From positions 1 to 64,000 of IMG/VR virus record IMGVR_UViG_3300020193_000011: DNA of 64,000 nucleotides. One strand, given 5' to 3'. Shown here piece by piece: positions 39,815 through 51,378 of this stretch; within the stretch, counting starts at the first letter, position 1; every line of letters begins with the position of its first letter. Origin of the DNA: a virus. A program made the position numbers and the translations under genes. The notes under the pieces were generated by a model. It was not told where the DNA came from. It saw only the letters and a list, made by a program, of their open reading frames with translations, and did not search any database.

Positions 39815-42800
39815 TTAATAGCCTCCTACCTCTCTGGGGATTGCCATAAGCTCTTGTGTTGTATACAATGCTGGCCCCTTGATTGCCGTAAGCCCCTTTG
39901 TATAAACTGAAGCCAGCCCAGATATGACTAGTTCCCAATTAAGTGTTATTGGGTTTCCGTCATCATAGTACTCGTCCCAAGCGGCCATTGGCCATTCTGA
40001 TGTTTTTTCATATACCCTATTCAAAATAACAAGGGCGAATAGAGCGTCGAACGTCTTTTTCTCGATGTTCGTTAGGTTATTGAGGGGATCGCCTGCTCCC
40101 AAAGAAGTGAAGTGCATAAACCCGTTTGTTGGTATCGAATTATACAAAGGCGGTGAAAGAGTAAAAACCGCCTGTTCTTCCAGAATAGCGTTGTATAAAA
40201 GCTCATATCTTGTATATATGACCGATTGTGGGTTAATTAGTTCTTTCACTTTATCTTTTACATAAGCTATAGAATTAGATGTTGATTCTGGTATGCTCAA
40301 AAATATCGACCTTATTTTTAAGTAAGTTGAATCATATATTGCTTTATCCGTTTTATAAAACACACTAGCCATATATCTGTCATCATACTTTTGATCGTTG
40401 TTTTTTGTGTATGCTATTTGATAATTTTCTGGATTATTGTAAACGGCGCCTGCTTCAAAATCGTCGGCTGTTAGAATCATTTGCGGATTGTTTGGACTTA
40501 TTCGTAATACAAAAAGTTTTCCTTCTAGAGCTTGCCTCACATAATGAAGAGCCTTAGACGCAGGTGAATTGGGATTGATAATTGCAATACTTGATGTAAT
40601 ATTGTTTTTGTTAAGTTCCGGTGTTTGCACGCCTTCAAATCTTATGGTGTAAGACTTTCCACCACCTATAATATCTCTAACCACAATCGTGTCACCGTCT
40701 TTATAATGTTCAGCTTTAACTATAACTTTAAAAAATTCCCTAAGGCCAGTTTTTTCTGGACCAAGACCAGAATATTTTAAAATTTCTGATTGCACTATGG
40801 CGTTCTCCAAGCTGATGTATTTTACGAGATCGGATATTTCTTTTTCCTTGTAACCCATACTCTTAAATATATCATCAGATCTAACATAAGCGTGCCCTGC
40901 TTCTGTTTTAACATTTGTTTTTACCCCCAAAATTCCTGGAAGAAGTCTCTTTGAATGGAATTTGCCCACAACCATTCCTTGAAAATTGGACAATCCTCCG
41001 TCCATTGGTTTTCCATTTTTGGAAAGATACTGTATGTAGCAACCGTGTTGATCCAAAACATTCTCTCTCACCCACTTCCATGCGCCCCAAGCTGCGTCGG
41101 TTGCCAACGCAAGGCCTCCACCAACAAACGCTCCGGCAACAGGGTTAACCATGCTTACGGCAACAGTTGCAGTGGCTGTTACTGCCGGCATCACCAGGCC
41201 AGCAAAAATTGCCGCTCCCATACCGCCGCTTTCTATTTTGCCGGTATTTGCTTTTATTAATTCTTTTATTTTTTCCGAAGTATCCGGCAGTGCGTCGGCG
41301 AGTTGATTGGCTTGAATGTCCTTCAACAAAGCTGTATGGCCATGCGTGTACTGCAGCCCCCCGACCATTTGGTCCTTGAGCATGTCGGCCAAATTGTCAA
41401 TTGATACCGATCCATTTACGGTCAATCTACTGTTGTTTGATTTGTTGGCCAAAAGAAGACGCGCATCATTTCGAAGATTTTGCATGCTGAAATGGGCGGC
41501 GCACCAAGACGACATAAACCATCTCGATGGGTCATTCACGGAGACAAATGCATTAGGTGTTATCGTGGTGACAAAACCAGTTTCTGGGGTGAAATGATGA
41601 ACAACTTGTTCAACTTCAAAAATTCCATATATTCTTTCATACACATCAGCCAAATAGACAATATCATGAGGCCTTATATCTGCATTTCCTATTATGATTA
41701 TTTCTCCGCCATAAAGATCTTTTAACGATTCTTTCAAATACGAAAGAGCGACTCGTCTTGCTGTCAATTCATCGGGCTCGCCTTGGGCGTGTTTAGAAAT
41801 ACCCCTAAATGTTTCAAATGGATGGAAGATTGGATGCAATACCCCCCAAACCCCTTCGCCTTTTGGATTGTCCCAATACAAACCAGTTTCTACGGTTTTT
41901 TCAATTTGCTTTTCCGGTGGCGCCGATTTGTCCAACGAAACTGTAACGGGAAATTTGCCATCAGAAACTGCTGTTATTTGTGTTGCAACTCGTCCGTTTT
42001 CTTTAATGTTATTTGCGATAATATGCGTAAACGAACTTATGTAATGCATTCTTTGAAACGGCTCTCTTATCTCAACAACCGGTTCACCATATTCTCTTGT
42101 GAAGGGGTTGTCGACCGCTCTCAACAAAGTGCCTGGTCTTCCCAAAGAATAGTAAATGGAATCGTTGTACGCTTTATTTAAGATGTTTGCTTGTCTACTA
42201 AAATTTTCAATATTTTGCAGACCGTAACCAACTTGGGCCATTGAAACTCTAAACATATTTAAAAGATTTCCAAGCACGGTGTCAAATGCATTGAAAATAG
42301 GCCCTATAGTTTTGTCATAAAATTTAATTGCATCTTCCCCAATTCCAGTAACCCAGTTGCTTGCGTTGCTGCCTTCTTTTGCGTTTTTTTGCAATAACTT
42401 AATAAACGTTTTGTTATCTTTTGCATATTCTGCTTCGTAGTCTATGAATGCGTGAAAAATCGGATCTACCCCCTTAAAACTCCATTGATCATTGTCGTTA
42501 CCAAAAACATTAAAAGCTGCCAATCCAGCCGCTAATGTTGCTGTTGCTGGATTAAGGTATAGAGCTGCATTTGCGGCGGAGGCAAATCCGGTTGCACTAT
42601 ACCTTTTCTTATCCGGTCTTAAAACCAACCATGCTCTTGCGTACGGATCTGACCACATCTTTTGCCTGAATATTCCAACCAACAATAAGAATAATTGTTT
42701 TGGACTTTCAATTTTGGCAATAAGTTCTTTGGCTTCTTTTTCTGTTCTGCTTGATTTTGATTCTTTGCCAAATTTTTCTGCGATTCTTTCATAAACGTTC

Positions 42801-45800
42801 TGGTTACTAGATCCGCTTTCAGAAAGATCTTTACCCGTACTATCATCTGTTGAAATATCCGTTTTGGAATACTCATACGTTTCAAAATGATTCGTTATAA
42901 TTTGAGTAATGCTTTTTACCTTATTGTAAATGAGGGCATTGTATGCGTCCAGAATTCCTTTATCCTTATTGATGATTGGTTTGTTTTCTGCGTCTTTGCC
43001 ATCAAACCCAGCATCTATATATTCGTCTACCGCTATATCTATAGCCGACTGTTTTGCCGCGGTTTGGGCACTGGCTGCGCCTATCCAATCTGCCCCTAAC
43101 AAGGTTGTAAATTCTGAACTTCTAGTATCTGCACCGAATTCTTCTAGCGTAATTTTAGACTTGCCCGTCAAAAGTTCGAAAATTGGATCATTGGATATAT
43201 TGTCGTCGTCAGGATCAAGATTGTAAACTTGTTGAAATATATTTTTTACAGAATCATAAGTGTGATAAGCGAACCTAAATTGGTCCCATATTTGTTGGGC
43301 CTCGCTCACCCTTCTTCCATTTCCTGCAATAACTTTTACTGTACTATCAAATTTTTCATCGTAAAACCCTCTAGCGACAACAGATATGGGATCTAATTGA
43401 TCGTACACCGCTGAAAAATTTTCGTTCTTTTTTCCTTCTCTATCTTTTTTTAGTTCTTCGAATAATTTGTCTCTTGAAACGGCGTCCAAATTTTCATTAT
43501 CTTTAATAAGGTTATAGTATTCAAGATAATTTCCACCTTGACTCCATTCTTTTTGCCAATCTCTTTGTGTTTTTAGGGCGATTATGTCATCAAGAAACTG
43601 ATATTCGTGTTCAACAACAACTCCATTGGGGTTTCTTCTCAAGGAGGGATGCCCAGCATTTGGATCAATTCCTACCTGTCTAGCCGGCAGTCTGCCGTCA
43701 TTCATCATCAGAACATCTTGAATAGGCCCGCCATCTGACGCCTTAAATGCTCCAAAACCAACAAGGAAATTACCCTCGGAAAATTTCCAACCATCTTCGA
43801 CATACCTAAATCTATTCGCCGGATTATAAGAACTAGTAACTACTCCCAATGGGGTCGCATCATTAACGAAAGTGAATCTGCATTCTGCAAGATCCTGCTC
43901 AACCATTCCCATGGCCTCAAATTGACCGGCGGTAGTCGCCATGCCTGATTTGGAAGAATTAGCGATGCCGATATTTTCAAGAGGGGAAACAATTTGACCT
44001 TTTTCACTGATTAACAAACCTAGGAAATAAGCAGCATCTGGAGAAATAATTGCATCAATAGCTCCGGATCCATCCCCGTCTGATTCTGTTGCTCCCCATA
44101 AGAAATATGCTGGTGCACAAACTACCGCAGAATTTGTTTTTTCATTGTAAACAAGAACTCTTCTTTTTTTATACTGTTCTGGGGAACCAACTAGATCCTC
44201 TTCGGAAAAATTGTACATTTTCAAAAACTTTTTTAAAACTTCTCTTTGCACTTCGGGAGTGGGTCTTACTTTGTTTATTTTTTCAGCAATATCTACCAGG
44301 CCAGGCATTGTGTTGTTCGAATCTGTAAATATTGGATTGTACGGCCATCTCATGGCAATATAAAATTGTTCTTCCTCTGCGGTTTTTGGCATTCCCCAAT
44401 CGCTAAAATTTAAAGGCAGAGTATTGAATTCTTGTTGCAATTTATATATAGGATCAAGCTCTTGATAATAGTCTTGAAATTTTTCAGTAAATTGATCCGG
44501 ATTTTCGTTCATAATTGGTAAAGGCATTTGTATTATGAAGGATGCGTTTATTTGACCCAAGTTTCCTTCCGGGTCGAAAATTCCAGACGGATCAAAAGCT
44601 GCCGTACCTTCTAATAGATTTGTGCCGGCAACGTCCAGGATTGGCAATAGTGGAATTTTTGAGGCAAAATTAAAATTAAAATCTAAACTAATTTCTCCAT
44701 TTTTTTCAGAAACCAAAGCGGTTGATTCTGAATCTGTTTCTTTTGAAATTAAACCTTTTTCAATAAGCGAAATAGAAAGAATATTATTAATTGTTTTTTT
44801 CAGATCTTCTTCGTTATCGCCTTTAACTATTTTATCAAAATCAAGCGAAGGAAGTAGGCCGCTTGTTCTGTTCGTAAAGAAGGGGTATCTAAATCTTATG
44901 GGGAGTTGATCAAGTTGCTTGTGCGTTTCTTTTTGCATTGGCATAGTGATTTCGGTTCCGTTAGAACCAAACGGCAGGTGAAATCCCACTTGAACTTTGC
45001 CTTTGTTAACTGGAAGTTTGGAAACAATTTTGTTGTTGTATTTATAAATACTCCTGTTTTCGTCAAGAAAATTTATAACTTTTCCTCTAAACATTGTTCC
45101 AGATTTGAAAATTCCCTGAAATGACAACATGTCTTTGGACATCGATGCTATCGATTCGGACAAAGTACTTTCACCTGCCTTGTTAAGACCTGCCAGATCT
45201 GCCCCCATTGACTGTTCTTTGTTAACAATGTCAAGTATTGATTGCAGCGAATCATCTGGTTCAATGTAACCTGGTATTGAAACTCCGTCTAATTTAGCTT
45301 GTTCTTCATTTGGAAAACCGGTAGATACAGGGAAAATTCCAGAGGTATATAACCAGTGTGGTTTACCGTAAAAAACTGTAGACCTATCTTCAAATGGTCT
45401 TACTGCAACAATATAGTTTGGAAGAAGTCTTGCGCACATTTGGAACATGTCCCAAACCGATCTCATATAAGTTTGAGCCCTAAAAGAAACTTCGTCATAA
45501 ATATCATCATCAAGATCTGACACGAGTCCCATAGTTTTCAAAACATTGGAAAATCCACGACCTTTAAAATTTCCAATAAGTTGCGATCCCAAAAAACCAG
45601 CGACTGGCCCCAAAGTAAGAGTAGCTCCTACGGTAGTTGCGACAGCAAGTCCGGTGCCTATAATATGGCTACTTCTTAATCCTTCGTTTGTATTGGTCAA
45701 CTTATTAACTTCAGTTGTTTTTTCAAGCACCTGGTTGGCTTCGACATTGCTTGCGCTTTGCGACTGCTCAAGCAACCCGGCCCAAGATCTGTTAGATAAC

Positions 45801-48800
45801 CTGTCTACGTAACCAAATTTCTCTTTGTCTATTTCACTTATGTCTATGCTCGCCATCGTTGCCCAACCGTCGTCTAAATCGCCTCCCAAAAATTGCGCGA
45901 CTCCAACTCCGTTCCCTGGATAAATATTTCTTTTAAATATTTCCAAATCTCTTTGTGTGGAAAAATTACCCCATAGGGTTTGCATTGCGCCAATCAAGGG
46001 TGTTCGTACTGAACCGCCAAAACTTTCCATTCCGGAGTAAGAAGGAACGTTTCCGGCACCATAACCGCCAACAGAATTAAAAACGCCAGGTACCATGGTG
46101 CCAGGTCCTCCTGTCAAAAGATTAACCGTTGAATTTACAGCCAAACCCGCAGTACCCGATATTGGATTTCTGCCTACGGCGTTAAAAGCGTTGATAACAC
46201 TCTGCCTGTACATTGAGCTTTTGGCTGCTTCTTGCTCAGTGAGTGGTTGATAAAGTATAGAACCAAAATGTCTAATCCCAAATTTATTTTCCGAAAATAC
46301 TGCGCCCCTTGTTGCGTGAGCGAATGCCTCTCGCATCCTTGATGCCCCCATAGAAAGAAGTCTAATCATCAAATCCCTGGGCTCCGACAACCAAAGACCG
46401 GTGTTTATGCCACCATCTATCTTGCCGCTATCGCCCTTTTTCTTGGTGCTATTAATGATTGGACTTAACTCAACCGCATCCGATTGTGCAACAACTGTTA
46501 TAATCTCTCCGTGATCCACCTCTGCTATTACCCCATTAAAAATGGTCTGCAAAGCATTGGGGTTTGATCCGTATCCAGCCCTAAGATGAACTCTTACTCC
46601 TGGTTTTAATCTCATCTGGGCTATCTCTGTAATATATTTTGAATTCATATGTGATTTCAAATTCATAGATCTTTTTAAGAGGGTTTCAACCATCCTGGTG
46701 GAACCCGACGTAAGATTGATTGCGTATTTTTCAATATCTGAGTTTGTTATTCCACCGTAAAGAGTACCATCCGTGTTAATCAGACTGCTCAAACTAGCTT
46801 CTGGTTTAGAAAGTTTTGAATACATATTAGAGATTCTTAACATAAGTGTATCGCCGAGAAGATCCTCTGATTGAACAATGGAAAAATCAATGATTGATTG
46901 TAGTCCATAGAAATTATCAAACAACTTAACACCAGCAAAATAGTTTGAATCATCTATCAACCAAAGCATGTAGGTCGGATAGGCTCTAATCATTCTTCCG
47001 GACAAATCCCTATACTGATTGTCCATCATCATTTTTTGCCAATGCTTAGCGACCCCTTTGTATGTGCCACCTGATGCAACGGATTGCATTTTTTCTTTTT
47101 GGGAAGACCCATAAGCCGACTGATAGCTGTCAACACTTTTTGCCCCAGGAACTCCTGTGTGCGAATTTTGTTTTTCCCTTTCCGGTGTTTGGGTGTCAGA
47201 AATTTGCGTTACCTTAGACGTAGGAGAAATCCCTCCGTCTGAATTCATTCTAAGAAAATCTTGCGCCACATAGAATCTTCCATCATCCCTATTGGAATAG
47301 CCCATAATATATCCGCCATCAGGCGTTTGATATATTGCCGGTATTTTGCTTGTATCGTTTGGATCTGCGGCTGGTACGAGATGAATTATCCCAAAATGGT
47401 CGACATCATCCGGATCAAATGACGGAAGTTCTTTATTCTTAGAATTTTCTGCTGTTTCTGCTATTAATTTGTTAAATTTTTCCACTTGTTCTTTTGAGCC
47501 AGAAACCAAATCTCCTATGCGCACATTGCCATATCTTGTCTCAAATTTAACATCATCAAAATTATACTCAATATTATTATCGTCTTTAAAAAGATCAATC
47601 ATATCTTTCCAAATAGTTGGATATTTGTTGGCTATAAAACGACTTGACTGCAATGATGTTTCAAATTCTGGTTCTGTTTGTTGATCAAATATCGCTATTC
47701 TAAATATTTTCATCGCTTCATCAGCGGCTAGATTATTTTGGGTAATTAAGTAATCTTTTATTTCTTGTATGTTTCCATTGTTTTCAATTAATTTCTTTTT
47801 TACGAAATAGACAAAAGATTTACCTCTATCATTTAAATAATTTTTTTCATTTTCCCATTCACCAACTGGCAGTGTATAATTTTCCGGATCAATTATATTG
47901 TTTATCACATCGTTGTCGAACATTTCGAATTGTCTAAAATAAAAATCTGGATCCAAAGATCCAACAACCATGCTGCTGGAAGGATCGGTAATTGACAACG
48001 GCATATCGGGGTACGCATTAAATGCTCCCCAATTTTGCTTCAATCTCAAAAAGGGATTTCTTTTTGATCCAAATTCTTTGATTAAAGATATTTGTTGTTC
48101 CGAACTAATGCTTTCTCGTTTTTGTTGGAAAATGTCGAAATCAACAAGCATCAAATTAACGTTGTAAACGTGTGGAAATTCCGGAATCGTGTCCACTGAA
48201 TAGTTAAGGGGCAGTACATACTTAACCCCTGCAAGAGCGCATATTATATTTTTAATGCCCATGAAACCGATAACACCGGCCGCATGCTCAAGGCGCGCCA
48301 GACCGCTAAGGTAATCAAACATTTTCTTTATTTTTCTTAGTTCATTTTCTCCAAAAATAGTCATAGAAATACTGATCATGGTGTCTTTTGATCCTATGTA
48401 CTGAAATGTTGGCTCATCCTGCATTTGAAGCTGGAACTTCGCCATATTGTTGCCCATCGAAAGAGAAACTGAATTAACTATCACCGAATTTTCATCTAGG
48501 TCTATTTTCATCATTGGAACTTCCCATTCCTTGATGTTAAATGCCGATATTTTTCTTCCATCTATGCCTGAATACTTTTCGGCGTCCCTGACCAAACCAA
48601 TTCCAAGCAGTCGAATCATTTCGTCGTCTTTAAAAAATCTTTCATACAAACTCCCCATAAATGCATTAACAAATTTTGTTTGTTCGACAGCATATGTGGC
48701 GGACCATTCCTTTGAGCTTGTTGGATTAGATTTGTCAAAATCTATTTTTTTCTTTTTTAGAATAGCTTCTGTGTTTTGTTTGACTTGAAAATCTATTAAT

Positions 48801-50884
48801 TGTTTCACGGATTGTGCGGCGGTGTAAAGACTTGATTTTGTTTCTCTAAGCTTGTTTGTTGCCTCTTCGGTGACTTGTGCTGGAACTTGCAAATCATTCG
48901 GGGATTTACGGTTTTTTAAATAATCTATAACCGCCGTATTTGTAATGTCATTGGCGTTGATATATTCCACAACAAGTGCATCATAAGTTATTTCATAACT
49001 ATTTTTTGCATTTGCCCCGGCAAGAGCTACTTCTACTATTTTTGCAGCGGTTTTTTTCATAAACACTGAAGAACCGTAATCTAAAGAACTTGTATATACG
49101 GTGTATAAATCCCTGTACAAAACTTCATCTGTGATATCTATACCTAATTTTAAAAGCAAATTTTCCCAAAATGCTCTCCCATAATCAAGAACTGCTTTTT
49201 CCTCCTCACTTCTAAATGAGGCGACATCTGGTGTGTATATTTTTGATTGTACTTCTGCAGGAATATATAAAGTTATATTTTTTCCGTTAACCCAATCATT
49301 AATAATATTTGTTGTTAACAGTCCGTCCTTATATGCAGGAGCTGTTTGAGAATCCTGTAAAAAATCTCTTTGTTGATCTTTCAATATTGCGGGCAAGCGG
49401 TCTTCCACTGTGTTGATTGGAGCTATATCTTCTCCAACTGTCTTTAAAAGAAACTCTGCGTTTACGGAATTGGCCAAAGATCCGGCGGCTCTTCCCATGT
49501 AATGCCTGAACTTGCCCCAATGAATTGCCTGATTAAAATCTTTTAACATGGGGAGGTACGGCTTATGATTAAATTGAGACAATTCTAGATCAACTTCTAA
49601 TGTAAACGGAAAGTTTTGCACCGTTGCTATAGTCATATTGGTTAATGCAACGCCAGTAATATCAAATACAGAATTAAGATAATGATTTTTAATCGGAAGA
49701 ATAGGTGCGTACTTGAAGGCTGCAATTAATCCCCTTAGTGAAGAAAGAAATTTATCAACCCTACTTTCATCGGCTGAATCTTTAAAATTAATGTAGTAGT
49801 TTGAATTCAAGTCTATTTTTGTTGCATCTTTGATATTTGATATTCCCCAAATTTCTTCATAATTTGGAAAATATAATTTTAAGTTAATAGTGGTTTCCCT
49901 AAATCCGGAATTATATTTTGGTGAAGCTTTTTGTCTGATTGCCCCACCAGTTAAGCTTCCGGTTTTAAAACCTGTATTAACCGATATTGTAATTGGTGGA
50001 ACATAAAAGTTTGCGGCTCCAATTCTTAAATGAAATATATCTGGATTTACCGGTGGAGTATTTGCGAATGTTCCAGCGTCTTTGATAGCCTTTTCTATTT
50101 TTTGGGCGGTCGTAAAATTCTCTATTGCCCAAATCGGCTTAAAAGTAGATTCGCCTTTCGCATCTGTGCCAAAAGCTTTGAACATACTTTCCATAATTTC
50201 TTTGTGATTATTGAGCGGATCATCTTCAAAATGTCCATAATCGCCAGTAGCAGCCAACGCAGTAATAAAAAGTCTGTACAAATTTGGAAAATATTTATAT
50301 ACAGTTGCAAGAGCTAACGGATCATTATAAAAATAATTCTTTGTTTGTATAAGTTTTTCAAGCCAGAACGTATCCCTGATCGGATCATTAAAATCCGCAG
50401 CGGATTTTCTTAATGTCTCTGCGCTTTGAAAACGCAACCTTGCGAACGCCCTGATCCCCCCAGCCATCTCCGCTAAATCAATTAAACCAGACTGATATAT
50501 TTTTTCAAATATTAAATTTCTATTTTTTTCATCTTTTATATGATTTAGCTCAGATTTTCTGAAACTAGTTAATTCTTTAAACAATTTATTATCTGGTGTG
50601 TTTGAAAAATTATCTTTTGATAAACCTATGGAAGAAAGATCTTTATTAAGCTCATCTTTTCTTCCCCCATCCCAACCGTCTAAGCCGGTAAATGGAAGAC
50701 TGATACCGCTTGATGCAACAGCAGTTCCCAAGTCGAAAGCAAATTCAGCCCAGTTTTTAAATTTGGTCCAACCAGATCTATCTCCAGACATTTCGCCAAA
50801 TAGGGTTTCTAGCGGAGCAAGATCCGATTCGGCGTACAGATTGGAGGAGGCTTGGTCAGATTTAAGATCTATTTCATCGGCCAT
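39815..50884 (-). CDS. Giant baseplate hub/tail protein (3689 aa) with a C-terminal SNase-like domain
   Basis: Hub-like motifs (PGVRVHLRAGYG...IFNG; GEIIIIGNADIRPHD...FEVEQVVHHF...GFVTTI); DGDT...IRFEGVQTPE near the C-terminus. Confidence 0.7.
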   Translation of the reverse strand: MADEIDLKSDQASSNLYAESDLAPLETLFGEMSGDRSGWTKFKNWAEFAFDLGTAVASSGISLPFTGLDGWDGGRKDELNKDLSSIGLSKDNFSNTPDNKLFKELTSFRKSELNHIKDEKNRNLIFEKIYQSGLIDLAEMAGGIRAFARLRFQSAETLRKSAADFNDPIRDTFWLEKLIQTKNYFYNDPLALATVYKYFPNLYRLFITALAATGDYGHFEDDPLNNHKEIMESMFKAFGTDAKGESTFKPIWAIENFTTAQKIEKAIKDAGTFANTPPVNPDIFHLRIGAANFYVPPITISVNTGFKTGSLTGGAIRQKASPKYNSGFRETTINLKLYFPNYEEIWGISNIKDATKIDLNSNYYINFKDSADESRVDKFLSSLRGLIAAFKYAPILPIKNHYLNSVFDITGVALTNMTIATVQNFPFTLEVDLELSQFNHKPYLPMLKDFNQAIHWGKFRHYMGRAAGSLANSVNAEFLLKTVGEDIAPINTVEDRLPAILKDQQRDFLQDSQTAPAYKDGLLTTNIINDWVNGKNITLYIPAEVQSKIYTPDVASFRSEEEKAVLDYGRAFWENLLLKLGIDITDEVLYRDLYTVYTSSLDYGSSVFMKKTAAKIVEVALAGANAKNSYEITYDALVVEYINANDITNTAVIDYLKNRKSPNDLQVPAQVTEEATNKLRETKSSLYTAAQSVKQLIDFQVKQNTEAILKKKKIDFDKSNPTSSKEWSATYAVEQTKFVNAFMGSLYERFFKDDEMIRLLGIGLVRDAEKYSGIDGRKISAFNIKEWEVPMMKIDLDENSVIVNSVSLSMGNNMAKFQLQMQDEPTFQYIGSKDTMISISMTIFGENELRKIKKMFDYLSGLARLEHAAGVIGFMGIKNIICALAGVKYVLPLNYSVDTIPEFPHVYNVNLMLVDFDIFQQKRESISSEQQISLIKEFGSKRNPFLRLKQNWGAFNAYPDMPLSITDPSSSMVVGSLDPDFYFRQFEMFDNDVINNIIDPENYTLPVGEWENEKNYLNDRGKSFVYFVKKKLIENNGNIQEIKDYLITQNNLAADEAMKIFRIAIFDQQTEPEFETSLQSSRFIANKYPTIWKDMIDLFKDDNNIEYNFDDVKFETRYGNVRIGDLVSGSKEQVEKFNKLIAETAENSKNKELPSFDPDDVDHFGIIHLVPAADPNDTSKIPAIYQTPDGGYIMGYSNRDDGRFYVAQDFLRMNSDGGISPTSKVTQISDTQTPEREKQNSHTGVPGAKSVDSYQSAYGSSQKEKMQSVASGGTYKGVAKHWQKMMMDNQYRDLSGRMIRAYPTYMLWLIDDSNYFAGVKLFDNFYGLQSIIDFSIVQSEDLLGDTLMLRISNMYSKLSKPEASLSSLINTDGTLYGGITNSDIEKYAINLTSGSTRMVETLLKRSMNLKSHMNSKYITEIAQMRLKPGVRVHLRAGYGSNPNALQTIFNGVIAEVDHGEIITVVAQSDAVELSPIINSTKKKGDSGKIDGGINTGLWLSEPRDLMIRLLSMGASRMREAFAHATRGAVFSENKFGIRHFGSILYQPLTEQEAAKSSMYRQSVINAFNAVGRNPISGTAGLAVNSTVNLLTGGPGTMVPGVFNSVGGYGAGNVPSYSGMESFGGSVRTPLIGAMQTLWGNFSTQRDLEIFKRNIYPGNGVGVAQFLGGDLDDGWATMASIDISEIDKEKFGYVDRLSNRSWAGLLEQSQSASNVEANQVLEKTTEVNKLTNTNEGLRSSHIIGTGLAVATTVGATLTLGPVAGFLGSQLIGNFKGRGFSNVLKTMGLVSDLDDDIYDEVSFRAQTYMRSVWDMFQMCARLLPNYIVAVRPFEDRSTVFYGKPHWLYTSGIFPVSTGFPNEEQAKLDGVSIPGYIEPDDSLQSILDIVNKEQSMGADLAGLNKAGESTLSESIASMSKDMLSFQGIFKSGTMFRGKVINFLDENRSIYKYNNKIVSKLPVNKGKVQVGFHLPFGSNGTEITMPMQKETHKQLDQLPIRFRYPFFTNRTSGLLPSLDFDKIVKGDNEEDLKKTINNILSISLIEKGLISKETDSESTALVSEKNGEISLDFNFNFASKIPLLPILDVAGTNLLEGTAAFDPSGIFDPEGNLGQINASFIIQMPLPIMNENPDQFTEKFQDYYQELDPIYKLQQEFNTLPLNFSDWGMPKTAEEEQFYIAMRWPYNPIFTDSNNTMPGLVDIAEKINKVRPTPEVQREVLKKFLKMYNFSEEDLVGSPEQYKKRRVLVYNEKTNSAVVCAPAYFLWGATESDGDGSGAIDAIISPDAAYFLGLLISEKGQIVSPLENIGIANSSKSGMATTAGQFEAMGMVEQDLAECRFTFVNDATPLGVVTSSYNPANRFRYVEDGWKFSEGNFLVGFGAFKASDGGPIQDVLMMNDGRLPARQVGIDPNAGHPSLRRNPNGVVVEHEYQFLDDIIALKTQRDWQKEWSQGGNYLEYYNLIKDNENLDAVSRDKLFEELKKDREGKKNENFSAVYDQLDPISVVARGFYDEKFDSTVKVIAGNGRRVSEAQQIWDQFRFAYHTYDSVKNIFQQVYNLDPDDDNISNDPIFELLTGKSKITLEEFGADTRSSEFTTLLGADWIGAASAQTAAKQSAIDIAVDEYIDAGFDGKDAENKPIINKDKGILDAYNALIYNKVKSITQIITNHFETYEYSKTDISTDDSTGKDLSESGSSNQNVYERIAEKFGKESKSSRTEKEAKELIAKIESPKQLFLLLVGIFRQKMWSDPYARAWLVLRPDKKRYSATGFASAANAALYLNPATATLAAGLAAFNVFGNDNDQWSFKGVDPIFHAFIDYEAEYAKDNKTFIKLLQKNAKEGSNASNWVTGIGEDAIKFYDKTIGPIFNAFDTVLGNLLNMFRVSMAQVGYGLQNIENFSRQANILNKAYNDSIYYSLGRPGTLLRAVDNPFTREYGEPVVEIREPFQRMHYISSFTHIIANNIKENGRVATQITAVSDGKFPVTVSLDKSAPPEKQIEKTVETGLYWDNPKGEGVWGVLHPIFHPFETFRGISKHAQGEPDELTARRVALSYLKESLKDLYGGEIIIIGNADIRPHDIVYLADVYERIYGIFEVEQVVHHFTPETGFVTTITPNAFVSVNDPSRWFMSSWCAAHFSMQNLRNDARLLLANKSNNSRLTVNGSVSIDNLADMLKDQMVGGLQYTHGHTALLKDIQANQLADALPDTSEKIKELIKANTGKIESGGMGAAIFAGLVMPAVTATATVAVSMVNPVAGAFVGGGLALATDAAWGAWKWVRENVLDQHGCYIQYLSKNGKPMDGGLSNFQGMVVGKFHSKRLLPGILGVKTNVKTEAGHAYVRSDDIFKSMGYKEKEISDLVKYISLENAIVQSEILKYSGLGPEKTGLREFFKVIVKAEHYKDGDTIVVRDIIGGGKSYTIRFEGVQTPELNKNNITSSIAIINPNSPASKALHYVRQALEGKLFVLRISPNNPQMILTADDFEAGAVYNNPENYQIAYTKNNDQKYDDRYMASVFYKTDKAIYDSTYLKIRSIFLSIPESTSNSIAYVKDKVKELINPQSVIYTRYELLYNAILEEQAVFTLSPPLYNSIPTNGFMHFTSLGAGDPLNNLTNIEKKTFDALFALVILNRVYEKTSEWPMAAWDEYYDDGNPITLNWELVISGLASVYTKGLTAIKGPALYTTQELMAIPREVGGY

Positions 50885-50887
50885 AAT

Positions 50888-51367
50888 TTACCTGAACATA
50901 TTGTCTGTTTTAAGAAATTCTTGCATTTTGTTGGCAATATTATCGCCATTAAATACGGAACTATAATTAGTTATTATACCATTATTTTTAATATTGGACG
51001 AATTATTGGACAATTGATTTGTAATTGGCCTTTTTATTTCTCCGGATTGTAAAAAATCTTTTTTATATCTAGCCTTTTGAAAATCGGGATTATCGTAGCC
51101 ATCTCCGTCCATTTGTATATAACCAGCGGACTGGCTTACAAGGCCTTCGTGCGAGCCTCTAATTGGGTCTGGAGGGGATTCTGAGAGCATTCTTCTCGAT
51201 GAGGCTACTACATTGCTCCTGGAATCTGCCCCAATAGAAGTATTGATTTTTTGATTGGCTATTCTAGCAGACAAAACGTTTGATGTTTTTGTTCTTGAAG
51301 AAGTGTCTGTTCGTTTGGCCGCAGCGTCCGCTAAATTTTTGTTTTGTTCGTCTGCACCTAAAATCAT
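50888..51367 (-). CDS. Hypothetical, probably disordered protein
   Basis: 159 aa, Ser/Asn-rich, tightly packed between neighbours. Confidence 0.7.
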   Translation of the reverse strand: MILGADEQNKNLADAAAKRTDTSSRTKTSNVLSARIANQKINTSIGADSRSNVVASSRRMLSESPPDPIRGSHEGLVSQSAGYIQMDGDGYDNPDFQKARYKKDFLQSGEIKRPITNQLSNNSSNIKNNGIITNYSSVFNGDNIANKMQEFLKTDNMFR

Positions 51368-51378
51368 ACTTTAAATAC

